NCBI GenBank assembly: GCA_963786385.1
Contig: CAWAYS010000005.1
Location: forward strand, 96,527-160,526
DNA from: an uncultured Gammaproteobacteria bacterium
GTDB lineage: Bacteria; Pseudomonadota; Gammaproteobacteria; Steroidobacterales; Rariloculaceae
Direction of reading: 5' to 3'
Length of the DNA stretch: 64,000 bases
Under the pieces are notes generated by a model. That model saw only the letters and a list, made by a program, of their open reading frames with translations. It did not search any database and was not told where the DNA came from. Positions 25,683 to 35,279 of the stretch are shown here, in pieces. Position 1 is the first letter of the stretch. The number at the start of each line of letters is the position of its first letter. The position numbers and the translations under genes were made by a program.

Positions 25683-28658
25683 GTGAGTTCGACGTTCGAG
25701 CAGACGCGGCCTGAGCAGGAAGAGGTGGGAACGCCGGCGCTTGCCGGCCGCCGCTGCGTCTTCGCGCTCACGTGGGTTATGGCCGCTGCGCTATCGGCGC
25801 CGTTGCGGGCGCAGGTCGTGCTCGACGGGACGATGGGTCCCGCGGGCGCGCTGTCGGGCCCGAACTTTACGGTCGACGACACGCTCGGCACGCAGGTCGG
25901 CGCGAACCTGTTTCACAGCTTCAGCGATTTCAACGTCCGGACCGGTGAGAGCGTGACGTTCACGAGTGCTTACGCCGGGACGACGAGCAACGTGATCGGC
26001 CGTGTCACGGGCGCAGGCGCGTCGAGCATCGACGGCCTGCTCGCGAGCGACATTGCCGGTGCGGATCTGTGGCTCATCAACCCGAACGGCATCGCGTTCG
26101 GCGCGAATGCAACGCTCGACGTGCAAGCCGGCTTCCATGCGACCACGGCCGATGCGTTGGTGCTCGCCGACGGCGGGCGTTTCGATGCGACGAACGTCGG
26201 CGATACCGTGCTCACGATCGCGAACCCGGCGGCTTTCGGTTTTCTCGACGGGGTTAGCGGCGCGATTTCGGTCCAGGGGGCCACGTTGCAGGTTCCGGCC
26301 GGACACGCGTTGACCTTGACCGGCGGCGCGATCGATCTCGCCGCGGCGACGCTCGGCGCGCCGGCGGGGTCGATCGATCTGCAAAGCGTTGCCGGCGCCG
26401 GCGAGGTTCGATTTCGCGGCGGCACGCCGCCCGGCGCGGTCGCCACCGAGTTCGCACCGCTCACGCTCGATGCGAGTCGCGTCACGACCGCGGGCGGCGG
26501 TGGCGGTGGCGGTGGCGGCGGTGGCGGTGGCGGTGGTGGCGGAGGCGGCAGCGCGGGCGGCAACGGTGCCGCGCTCGGCGACATCTATATCCGCGGCGGT
26601 GCGTTCGTCATGTCGTCTGCATCGGTCGTCTCGGCCACCGCGGCCGGTAGCGGCCCTGCGCCGAGCGGCAATGTGACGATCGATGCCGTGAGCGCGCGAA
26701 TTCGCGGCGGCAGCCAAGTCCGGACCGGCACGCTCGGAGCGGGCGCCGGCGGCGTCATCTCGCTCACGGCCGCAGACTCGGTCGTCATCGACGGCACGGC
26801 CGGCACCAGCACCGGCGGCGGTGGCGGTGGCGGTGGCGGAGGAGGCGGAGGCGGTGGCGGCGGCGGCAGCAGCTCGAGCAACGCTTCGGGGCTTTTCTCC
26901 GACGTCGGCACCGACGCGACGGGCGCCGGTGGCGGGATCAGCATCGCGGCCGGCACGATCAGGATCAGCAACCAGGCGACTGTCGCGGCCACGACGGCCG
27001 GCAGCGGAGCGGCCGGCGACATCGACTTGCAGGCGACCGAGCGGCTCACCCTCTTGCAGGACGCGCAAATCAACGCGAGCACGGCCGCGAGTGGCCGCGG
27101 CGGCGACATCCGCCTCGCGGCGCCGACCGTCGAGCTGTTGAACGGTGTGCGCATCGGCAGCGTCGCGCAGGCAGACGGGGCGGGCGGTGACATCGCGATC
27201 GAGGCCCCCGACGCTTTGGTCGTGACGGGCACGAACGGCGACCCGGATCCCGCTACGAACCGAGGCTCGAGAATCACGGCGAGCAGCTTCTTCACGGCGA
27301 CGGGAGATGCGGGATCGATCGCGATCGACGCGGGGCGCGTCGAGCTCGACGACGGCGCGCGAATCTCCACGAGCACGTCCGGCATTGGCGACGGCGGCGA
27401 CATCCTGATCGATGCGACGGGGCCGATCACACTGACCGGTGCGCGCGGCGACGGCAGCGGCTCGGCGATCAAGGCTTCGACCGAAGTCGAAGCGTCGCAG
27501 GCCAGTGCCGTCGACGGACCGCGCGTGGGCGTTGCAGGCGACATCTCGATTCGCGCCCCGAGCCTCTCGCTGACGGACACCGCGGAGATCGTCAGCAACA
27601 CGAGCCTCGAGGGTGACGGCGGCCAAGTCACGATCGACGTCGACGCCTTGCAGCTCGCGGATGCGCGGATCGCGAGCGAATCGACGACGGAAGGTGCGGC
27701 GGCCGGCAACGCAGGCGCCGTGACCGTGAACGCGGGCTCGATCGCCCTCGAGAGCGGCGGCAGGATCTCGGCGGCGACTGTCGATGGCGCGGGCGGTACC
27801 GTGACCCTCACGGCCGACGAGATTCGGATCGCGGGCGGTGCGCTGTCCGCGGCGTCGACGGGTGCGGGCCAGGGCGGCGATCTGATTCTCTCGGCACGGT
27901 CCGTCGCGCTGCTTGACGGCGGCAGCATCTCGGCCAGCGCCACGGGTCTCGGTAGCGCCGGCGCGCTCGTCGTGACGGCCGAGGACAGTCTCACCATGAG
28001 CTCGAGCGCGATCCGCACCAACGCGGCGCGTTCGGCCGGCGGCGACATAGCGCTCACGGTCGGGCGGCAAGTGATTCTCGTCGACTCGCTCGTGAGCGCC
28101 GAGGCCCAAGGTGTCACCGCGCAAGCCGACGGCGGCAACATTGTCATCGACCCCGATTTCGTGATCCTCGACAACAGCGGTGTGATCGCGCGCGCGAACG
28201 CGGGCAACGGCGGTAACATCACCATTCGTGCCGGATTCTTCGTCGGCTCGTCGGACAGCCAGATCGACGCGTCGTCGAGCCTCGGCGTCGACGGCGACGT
28301 GTCGATCGAATCCCCGAATCAAATCAACGACACCGTGATTCCACTCGAAGTGTCGGCGGCGGAGCCGAACGAGCTGCTGACCCAGCGCTGCGTCCCGCAG
28401 CTCGCGGAGCAGCGCAGCAGCTTGACCGTGAGCGCGCGTGCGCGCGCGACGTCGGCGCCCGGGGATTTTCTTGCCAGCCCGAGATCGACGGCCTCGGGGG
28501 TGGGACCGTCGGCCGGCGCCGATACCGCCGCACCGGCGGCAGCCTTGGCTGCTGTGATGCGGGACCCGCTCAGCGGGGCTACCTATACCTGCGCCGGTGC
28601 CGCGCTCCGCTTTCCGGCAAGGGCCGAGCGCGTTGCGGGGGGTGCGTCCCGCCGCTAA
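25683..28658 (+). CDS. TPS-domain (filamentous-hemagglutinin N-terminal domain) beta-helix exoprotein (TpsA-like)
   Basis: Track ORF 25128..28658 overlaps TpsB for more than 500 nt, so the start is placed at in-frame GTG 25683 (GGGAG 4 nt upstream, 22 nt after the TpsB stop). Extended signal peptide (GRRCVFALTWVMAAALSAPLRAQ). TPS domain (VVLDGTMGPAG...GANLFHSFSDFNVRTGESVTFTS...NVIGRVTGAGASSIDGLL...LWLINPNGIAFG). Degenerate beta-helix repeats. Cys-containing tail (LLTQRCVPQLAEQRSSLTVSAR). Confidence 0.85.
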   Translation: MSSTFEQTRPEQEEVGTPALAGRRCVFALTWVMAAALSAPLRAQVVLDGTMGPAGALSGPNFTVDDTLGTQVGANLFHSFSDFNVRTGESVTFTSAYAGTTSNVIGRVTGAGASSIDGLLASDIAGADLWLINPNGIAFGANATLDVQAGFHATTADALVLADGGRFDATNVGDTVLTIANPAAFGFLDGVSGAISVQGATLQVPAGHALTLTGGAIDLAAATLGAPAGSIDLQSVAGAGEVRFRGGTPPGAVATEFAPLTLDASRVTTAGGGGGGGGGGGGGGGGGGGSAGGNGAALGDIYIRGGAFVMSSASVVSATAAGSGPAPSGNVTIDAVSARIRGGSQVRTGTLGAGAGGVISLTAADSVVIDGTAGTSTGGGGGGGGGGGGGGGGGGSSSSNASGLFSDVGTDATGAGGGISIAAGTIRISNQATVAATTAGSGAAGDIDLQATERLTLLQDAQINASTAASGRGGDIRLAAPTVELLNGVRIGSVAQADGAGGDIAIEAPDALVVTGTNGDPDPATNRGSRITASSFFTATGDAGSIAIDAGRVELDDGARISTSTSGIGDGGDILIDATGPITLTGARGDGSGSAIKASTEVEASQASAVDGPRVGVAGDISIRAPSLSLTDTAEIVSNTSLEGDGGQVTIDVDALQLADARIASESTTEGAAAGNAGAVTVNAGSIALESGGRISAATVDGAGGTVTLTADEIRIAGGALSAASTGAGQGGDLILSARSVALLDGGSISASATGLGSAGALVVTAEDSLTMSSSAIRTNAARSAGGDIALTVGRQVILVDSLVSAEAQGVTAQADGGNIVIDPDFVILDNSGVIARANAGNGGNITIRAGFFVGSSDSQIDASSSLGVDGDVSIESPNQINDTVIPLEVSAAEPNELLTQRCVPQLAEQRSSLTVSARARATSAPGDFLASPRSTASGVGPSAGADTAAPAAALAAVMRDPLSGATYTCAGAALRFPARAERVAGGASRR
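26493..26549 (+). repeat. in-frame (GGN)19 tract encoding poly-Gly linker 1 of the TpsA-like protein
   Basis: Direct reading gives 19 consecutive Gly codons (ggc/ggt/gga) in the 25683 frame. Confidence 0.9.
26814..26867 (+). repeat. in-frame (GGN)18 tract encoding poly-Gly linker 2 of the TpsA-like protein
   Basis: Direct reading gives 18 consecutive Gly codons followed by SSSS. The tract lies 264 nt downstream of tract 1. Confidence 0.9.
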
Positions 28659-28682
28659 CATTCGTCGACAGCCGTCCGCCCG

Positions 28683-30353
28683 ATGCTTTCGAAACCCACC
28701 CCGGGGCGGGCCCACGAGACACGGATGGACGATAAGCTACGCCGCGGCTTTCGCATCGGCGATTTCGACGTCGAGCCGCTATCGGGACGTCTGCGGGGGC
28801 CCGGCGGCGAGCAGCGCGTCCAGCCCAAGGTCATGGACGTGCTTGTCTATCTCGCGGCGCATCCGGAGCAGCTCGTCGAGCGCGACAGGTTGCTCACCGA
28901 CGTCTGGCGGCGCGTCACGTCCGAGGAAGTCCTGACGCGGTGCATCAGCGATCTGCGTCGGGTGTTCGGCGACGAGCGCGGCAGCCCGAAGTACATCCAG
29001 ACGGTGCCGAAGCGCGGCTATCGGCTCGTCGCGCCCGTCGTCGTGCCCGAAGAGGGTCATCGTCCCGAGCCTGCCGAGTCCACCGAGCCGGCGGACGGAC
29101 AGCGCGCGGCGCGCCCGATCGTGCTGCCGAGCCGCGGCAGTGCGATCGCGTCGATCGCGGTGCTGCCGTTCGAGAGTCATTCGAGCGATCCGGCCCGCTC
29201 GTTCATGGGCGACGCGTTTGCGGCCGAGCTGCACGGTGCCCTCGCGCGAGTAGATCGGTTGCGCGTTGCTTCGCGCCGGTCTTCGTTCGCGTTCAAGGAC
29301 ACGGCGGTGGATCTCAGAGAGATCGGGCGGCGCTTGGACGTCGACTACGTGATCACGGGAAGCGTGCGCTGCGACGGCTCGAGCCTGCGCGTGCTCGCGG
29401 AGCTCAACGACGCTCCGAGCGGCACGCAGCTGTGGGCGGAGAGCTACGACAGCAAGAGCGAAGATTTGCTCACGGTCGAGCAAGACATTGCCCAATCGAT
29501 CGTGGGATCGTTCACGACGCAGCGACTTCGCTCCGAGACCGATCACGCGCGGCACGTGCCGACGAGCAGCCTCGACGCTTGGGGGCTCGTCCAGAAGGCC
29601 CGCGCCTTCGCGCTGGATTACACGCCGGCGGGATTCGAGCAGGCCATCGAGCCGCTCCGGCGCGCGATCGAGTTGGACCCCGACTACCCCGCGGCGCACG
29701 CCATGCTCGGGTCGCTGCTCGTGGAGCGCCTCGTGAACGGTTCCAGCGTGAACGTGCAGCAGGACGAGGCCGCCGCGCTCGAGAGTGCGGAACGGGCGCT
29801 CACGCTCGGGCTCGAAGACCCCTTCGTCCTCAAGATGGTGGCCTGGGTCTGGACCTATTTCGGCGATTACCGCAAGGCCGAGAGCTGCTTGCGCAGCGCC
29901 GTCGCGTACGCGCCGTTCGACTACGGGGCGTGGGGATACCTGGGCTGGCCATTGACCGCCTCGGGCGACGCGGCCGACTTGGAGGAGCTGCGCCGCATCC
30001 TGGATAGGTTGCTCGGCGCCGAGCCGCGGCATCCGGGTGCGGCGTTCTGGCACTACCACCTCTCGGTCGTCGATCTCTGCGAAGCCCGATACGAAACGTC
30101 GCGCGTCTCCGCGGAGGCCTGTCTGGAGCTGCGGCCGAGTCTTGCGCTCGGTTGGATGCACTACGCGGCCGTCCTGGGGCAATCGAACCTCGACGCGCTC
30201 GCGGACCAAGCGCTCGAGCGTTGCCGTCAAGTCAATCCGGCCATGACGCCGGCGCACTTCGAATCGCTCGCGAAGCGCATGACGGACAACGCTGCCGTGG
30301 TCGCGCGCCGGCTCGGCGGCTTACGTCGGATCGGCGCGCTGCAAGGCGAGTGA
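28683..30353 (+). CDS. winged-helix (OmpR/CadC-type) DNA-binding domain + TolB-like + TPR regulator
   Basis: 556 aa; an alternative start is ATG 28725. wHTH (FRIGDFDVEPLSGRLRGPGGEQRVQPKVMDVLVYLAAHPEQLVERDRLLTDVW...YIQTVPKRGYRLVAPV). TolB-N-like segment (IAVLPFESHSSDP...DVDYVITGSVRCDGSSLRVLAELND). C-terminal TPR-like repeats. Starts 24 nt after the TpsA-like stop. Confidence 0.85.
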   Translation: MLSKPTPGRAHETRMDDKLRRGFRIGDFDVEPLSGRLRGPGGEQRVQPKVMDVLVYLAAHPEQLVERDRLLTDVWRRVTSEEVLTRCISDLRRVFGDERGSPKYIQTVPKRGYRLVAPVVVPEEGHRPEPAESTEPADGQRAARPIVLPSRGSAIASIAVLPFESHSSDPARSFMGDAFAAELHGALARVDRLRVASRRSSFAFKDTAVDLREIGRRLDVDYVITGSVRCDGSSLRVLAELNDAPSGTQLWAESYDSKSEDLLTVEQDIAQSIVGSFTTQRLRSETDHARHVPTSSLDAWGLVQKARAFALDYTPAGFEQAIEPLRRAIELDPDYPAAHAMLGSLLVERLVNGSSVNVQQDEAAALESAERALTLGLEDPFVLKMVAWVWTYFGDYRKAESCLRSAVAYAPFDYGAWGYLGWPLTASGDAADLEELRRILDRLLGAEPRHPGAAFWHYHLSVVDLCEARYETSRVSAEACLELRPSLALGWMHYAAVLGQSNLDALADQALERCRQVNPAMTPAHFESLAKRMTDNAAVVARRLGGLRRIGALQGE

Positions 30354-30399
30354 TCTGCCCAAGAGTCGGCACGGCGGGCCGCGTCGTGGGCGATCGCGC

Positions 30400-31452
<1,053 letters not shown>

Positions 31453-31803
31453 CTACTTGATCTCGAAGCCGAAAACGCCGCTCGTCACGTGTGTGCTGTC
31501 GGAGAGTGCGTTCCATTGGACGCGGTACTTGCCAGGCTTGAGCTTCGGCGCCTTGATCACGAGATGCGCGGCTCGCTCGTCCGGCAGCGATGTGATCGCA
31601 TGCGCGGCACCGTCGGATTCGACGGTCACCCCCGTGAGCGCGACGGGTCCTGCAAACGTGAGCACGATTTCCGTCGGCGGGGAGCTCAGAGTCGCACCGT
31701 CGTTGGGCGTGGACCCCAAGAGCTTGGGCTCGGCCGCCGCCGACATCGACACGATCAGCCCAAGCGCCAGCAGCGGCGCGCAACGTCTCGGAAGGTGCAT
31801 CAT
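31453..31803 (-). CDS. copC: CopC-domain periplasmic copper-binding protein
   Basis: 116 aa. Signal peptide, then LLGSTPNDGATLSSPPTEIVLTFAGPV...LKPGKYRVQWNALSDSTHVTSGVFGFEIK, which is typical of CopC/YobA. Confidence 0.8.
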   Translation of the reverse strand: MMHLPRRCAPLLALGLIVSMSAAAEPKLLGSTPNDGATLSSPPTEIVLTFAGPVALTGVTVESDGAAHAITSLPDERAAHLVIKAPKLKPGKYRVQWNALSDSTHVTSGVFGFEIK

Positions 31804-31981
31804 GGGGTGTCTTCTCCTTAGTTACTGATCATGCGGGACCCTCTTGGGATGACCGCTAACGGGCCGTCCGGAGTGTCGTCCTTTGGGGTTCAGGCAAATT
31901 TCCGGGTGCCAGGTTCCTTTGCGAGGTTTCCGGTAAGCTTCGACGATCGAGTCGGAGTGCGCCAGTGGGAGGGCTTAAAGC

Positions 31982-32470
31982 GTGAGGAAGCTCATTCCGG
32001 TCCTTGCCGTGTTCGCGGCCATGTATTTCGGGACGCGCTACTTCGAGCCGGAGGGCGTGCCCTCGCTCGCGCCGGTGTCGCCCGCGCAGGCACAGGCGCC
32101 GGGTGCGGCGACGCGATCGACCCCCACTCCGGCGCAGGGTCGGGACGAGATTGCGAGCGCTTTCGCCGGCCATCGCGCGGGCTAGAGGTCGCAGGCCAAG
32201 GCGTGGTGACGCGGATTCTGGCCGACGACCGCGCCGGCAGTCCGCATCAACGGTTCATTCTGAGGTTGCCCTCCGGTCAAACGTTGCTGATCGCCCATAA
32301 CATCGCGCTCGCCGACCGAATCCCGTCGCTGAAGCAACGGCGACGTCGTGCAGTTCAAAGGCGAATACGAATGGAACCCGCAAGGCGGAGTCGTCCACTG
32401 GACGCACGACGACCCGCGCGGCCGGCACGAGGCGGGCTGGATCAAGCGCGACGGCCGCACCTACCATTGA
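31982..32470 (+). pseudogene. DUF3465-family protein, two frameshifts
   Basis: Frame 1 reads MRKLIPVLAVFAAMYFG...IASAFAGHRAG and stops. Frame 2 continues LEVAGQGVVTRILADDRAGSPHQRFILRLPSGQTLLIAHNIALADRIPSLKQ. Frame 3 continues GDVVQFKGEYEWNPQGGVVHWTHDDPRGRHEAGWIKRDGRTYH and stops at TGA 32468-32470. The switches lie near 32175-32185 and 32333-32342. Confidence 0.7.
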
Positions 32471-32573
32471 CGCGCCCGCCGAGGGCCGATCGCCACAATT
32501 CGTCAGCATCTGGCCAGCGCTTCGGCATATCCGTCCGCCACGATGGTGCTCGAGTCTTCAACGGGAGCGAGCG

Positions 32574-32828
32574 ATGGATGCGGACTCGGCACGATACGAG
32601 ACCGAAGCCACGAGCGAGGCGTGCAGGCTGACGAGAGTCGAATCCGACTTCGTCGGTCAGATCGCCGCGGCCGTTTGGCTGTATCGGCTCACGGACGAGG
32701 CGGCGCGAGAAGCGCTGGTCTCGTATGCGATGGCACGTCACCGCGGCAGGCGAGTGCATGCCCGCTTGCGGGCGGCACTCGAGCACGAGTATCGCCATTG
32801 CCGCGAGCGCCAGGAGCTTTGCAGCTAA
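32574..32828 (+). CDS. hypothetical small protein (84 aa)
   Basis: ORF with GGGAG 6 nt upstream of the ATG and G/C-rich third codon positions. No recognisable domain. It could be spurious. Confidence 0.3.
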   Translation: MDADSARYETEATSEACRLTRVESDFVGQIAAAVWLYRLTDEAAREALVSYAMARHRGRRVHARLRAALEHEYRHCRERQELCS

Positions 32829-32876
32829 CAGGCGCACGCGCTGTCACGTGCAGGGGGGGGATTGTTCGGACGTGCC

Positions 32877-33266
32877 CTAGCTCGCCGGCTGCCCGAATCG
32901 ATTGGCCTCGGCTTGGCCCTTGCCGATGAGTCCCCAGACGATGAACACGGCGGAGACGATGAGCGCGGCCACGGCCACGATGCCTTTGGCCTCGGGCTTC
33001 GGGAATGAACAGGTAGAGCCATGCGGTGGCGACGATCAGCGCGGCCGGGACGAGCAGCGGCCACGCGGTCCAGCCCATGTCGTGCAGTCGCCGCGCGTGC
33101 AGCACGATGCCCGGAAACAGCAGCACGAGCTGGACCCACTGGCTGTTACGGCCCGGCACCAGGAAGTAGTAGAACGCGAACACCGCGAGCAGCGTGACAG
33201 CGCGCCGATGAATTGGCCGCGGGGGGTGCGACCGGCGGGGTTCACGAACAGAGCGTCGAAATTCAT
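32877..33266 (-). pseudogene. DUF805-family inner-membrane protein, two frameshifts
   Basis: Starts at ATG 33266 (GAGGAG upstream): MNFDALFVNPAGRTPRGQFIGAL. Second frame: TLLAVFAFYYFLVPGRNSQWVQLVLLFPGIVLHARRLHDMGWTAWPLLVPAALIVATAWLYLFIP. Third frame: KPEAKGIVAVAALIVSAVFIVWGLIGKGQAEANRFGQPAS, stopping at TAG 32879-32877. The switches lie near 33190-33200 and 32990-33000. Confidence 0.7.
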
Positions 33267-33276
33267 CACGTTCTCC

Positions 33277-33677
33277 TCAGGCTTCGCCGACGGCCAGTGC
33301 GTGCCGCTGCAAGACACCCTTGTAGTCGTCGATATAGGCCAGCATCAGCAAGCCGTTGAGCGCGATGGCCGCGAGTCCCAAGAGGGCGCACGAGAGGCTG
33401 GTGGTCGAGGATCACGGCCCAGAAGGCCGCGCAGACGGAAATCGGCATCACCACGCACAGCGCCAACGGCACGAGAACACCGGCGAGAATCAGCGCGCCG
33501 GTGACCAGCTGGATCGCCACGACCACGTCGAGGAGATGGCTGTGGACGAGGGCGGTCATGAGCTGCATGGCGAGCGGCTCGTGCCCCGTCGGCAGGGGAT
33601 AAAGCGGCACGAAGAAATGGCTGATGCCGTTGACGCAGCATCCAGGCGCCGAAGATCAGCCCGCCCGGCCAGCACGA
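33277..33677 (-). pseudogene. small multi-TM membrane protein, paralogue 2, about three frameshifts
   Basis: Pieces in three frames align to the upstream paralogue: ...VLAGR / LIFGAWML / NGISHFFVPLYPLPTGHEPLAMQLMTALVHSHLLDVVVAIQLVTGALILAGVLVPLALCVVMPISVCAAFWAVILD / SLSCALLGLAAIALNGLLMLAYIDDYKGVLQRHALAVGEA, stopping at TGA 33279-33277. The exact start is uncertain. Confidence 0.5.
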
Positions 33678-34114
33678 GGTGTTTCCCGGCTGCGCTCCCG
33701 TCCGCGCCGCCGAGGGTCCGCGGCTTCGGAGCTCAGGGCGAACATCGAGCGGTAGCTGCCGAGATAGGCCAGGCACAGCAGCACATTGCAGACCAGCACC
33801 GCGGCACCGAAGATCGAAGCGCCCGAGCCCCATCCCTCGAGCGGCGTGTCCCAGTACCACACGCAGAACGAGACCGGCATGCAGATCACGAGCGACAGCG
33901 GCAGGTAGAAGCCGAGCAGCACGCCGATCCCGGCGACGAGCTCGACCGCTTTGACGAGGTCGAACAGGTGGCTGTCGAACAAAGCCAAGAACAGCTCCTG
34001 GCTGAGAGGCTGCGTGCCGAGCGGCTGCGGGAACAAGGTCACGAAGTGGTTCAGGCCGGCCGGAATCATCCAGGCCGCGAATACGAGACGCACAAACCAC
34101 ACAGCGTACTTCAT
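33656..34114 (-). CDS. small multi-TM membrane protein (DoxX-like topology), paralogue 1
   Basis: 152-aa ORF: MKYAVWFVRLVFAAWMIPAGLNHFVTLFPQPLGTQPLSQELFLALFDSHLFDLVKAVELVAGIGVLLGFYLPLSLVICMPVSFCVWYW... It has four hydrophobic segments. The Arg-rich last ~25 residues may be out-of-frame read-through. The family is not identified. Confidence 0.55.
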   Translation of the reverse strand: MKYAVWFVRLVFAAWMIPAGLNHFVTLFPQPLGTQPLSQELFLALFDSHLFDLVKAVELVAGIGVLLGFYLPLSLVICMPVSFCVWYWDTPLEGWGSGASIFGAAVLVCNVLLCLAYLGSYRSMFALSSEAADPRRRGRERSRETPRAGRAG

Positions 34115-34286
34115 GGCGCATCCCCCCGGCGTGCCCCACTACGTAGGAAGGTTAGACCCCACACCCGGGCATTGTAAATCGCTCACGTACGAGCGCCGGC
34201 CCTCGACCGCGCGATCTTGGTCCCCTGGGCACAGTGTGCGACCTTACGCGTAGCCAGAGCCTTGGAGGTTCGAACGGAGGAGCGCA

Positions 34287-35243
34287 ATGCCTCGATCAAG
34301 CCGCTTTTCACCCCGTCTACCCCAGCTGGATCGTCGTGTCCGGCGTGCGGTCGCCGTCTTGCTCGTGGCCGTGTGTTTCGCAGCAAGCGCATCGGCCGTG
34401 CCGCCGCAGTTCGCCCCGTGGATGAACGGCGTGCGCTCCGACGAGCAAGCGCTGCAGATCCAGGCGATCGATACGGATTCCTACGTGATCCGAGAGTCTT
34501 TCACGGAGAGCGCGAACGCGCCGTTCGTGTACTTATTATTCGGCGCCGAACAGGCGCTGCTGCTCGACACCGGCGAGGGCCAGTGGCCGATTCGCGAAGC
34601 GGTGGACTATCTGATCTCGGACTGGCTCGCGCGCAACGATCGTGAGTCGATCACGCTGATCGTCGCGCATTCGCACTCGCACAGCGATCATCACGGCGCG
34701 GACTCGGCATTCGCGAGCAGACCGCACACGACGGTCGTTGGGCTTCACCCCGAGGAAGTAGCGAAATTTTTCGGTGTGGCGCACTGGCCGGAGGACACCG
34801 TTACCTACGATTTGGGAGGACGCCCGCTCGACGTGATTCCCACGCCCGGTCATGAGGCGGCACATATCGCGATCTACGACCGGCGAACGAAGACGCTGTT
34901 GTCCGGCGACAGCATATTGCCGGCCCACGTCCTCATCCCCTTGGACGAGTTCGCGACGTTCCGAGCCAGCATCGGGCGCTTGGCAGCCTTCGCGCGGCAG
35001 CACGACGTCGAGACCGTGCTCGGCGCGCACGTGGAGATGTCGGCGCAGCCCGGCAAGGACTTCGAGTTGGGCGCCACGTCGCACCCGAACGAGCACGCGT
35101 TGCCGCTCAAAGTCGGCGCGCTGTTCGAGCTCGAGTCGTCGCTGAAAGCCATGGGGGACAGTCCTGAGATGCAGATGCACGATGACTTCGCGATCGTGCC
35201 GTTGCCGCATGAGGTGCTGGCGCCGTACGAGCTGCACGACTGA
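34287..35243 (+). CDS. secreted MBL-fold metallo-hydrolase
   Basis: 318 aa, GGAGGAG upstream. Signal peptide (VAVLLVAVCFAASASA). Metal-binding motif IVAHSHSHSDHHGA, and a later TPGHEAAH. Confidence 0.85.
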   Translation: MPRSSRFSPRLPQLDRRVRRAVAVLLVAVCFAASASAVPPQFAPWMNGVRSDEQALQIQAIDTDSYVIRESFTESANAPFVYLLFGAEQALLLDTGEGQWPIREAVDYLISDWLARNDRESITLIVAHSHSHSDHHGADSAFASRPHTTVVGLHPEEVAKFFGVAHWPEDTVTYDLGGRPLDVIPTPGHEAAHIAIYDRRTKTLLSGDSILPAHVLIPLDEFATFRASIGRLAAFARQHDVETVLGAHVEMSAQPGKDFELGATSHPNEHALPLKVGALFELESSLKAMGDSPEMQMHDDFAIVPLPHEVLAPYELHD

Positions 35244-35279
35244 GCCGAGCGGGTGGGGATGGTTTCCGCTGAAGCGTCG

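Noticed and set aside
31831-32631. 266-aa forward ORF across the DUF3465 region
   Set aside because: Only its middle part (LEVAGQGVV...IPSLKQ) is genuine DUF3465 sequence. The rest is out-of-frame read-through. It is interpreted as one frame of a frameshifted 31982..32470 gene.
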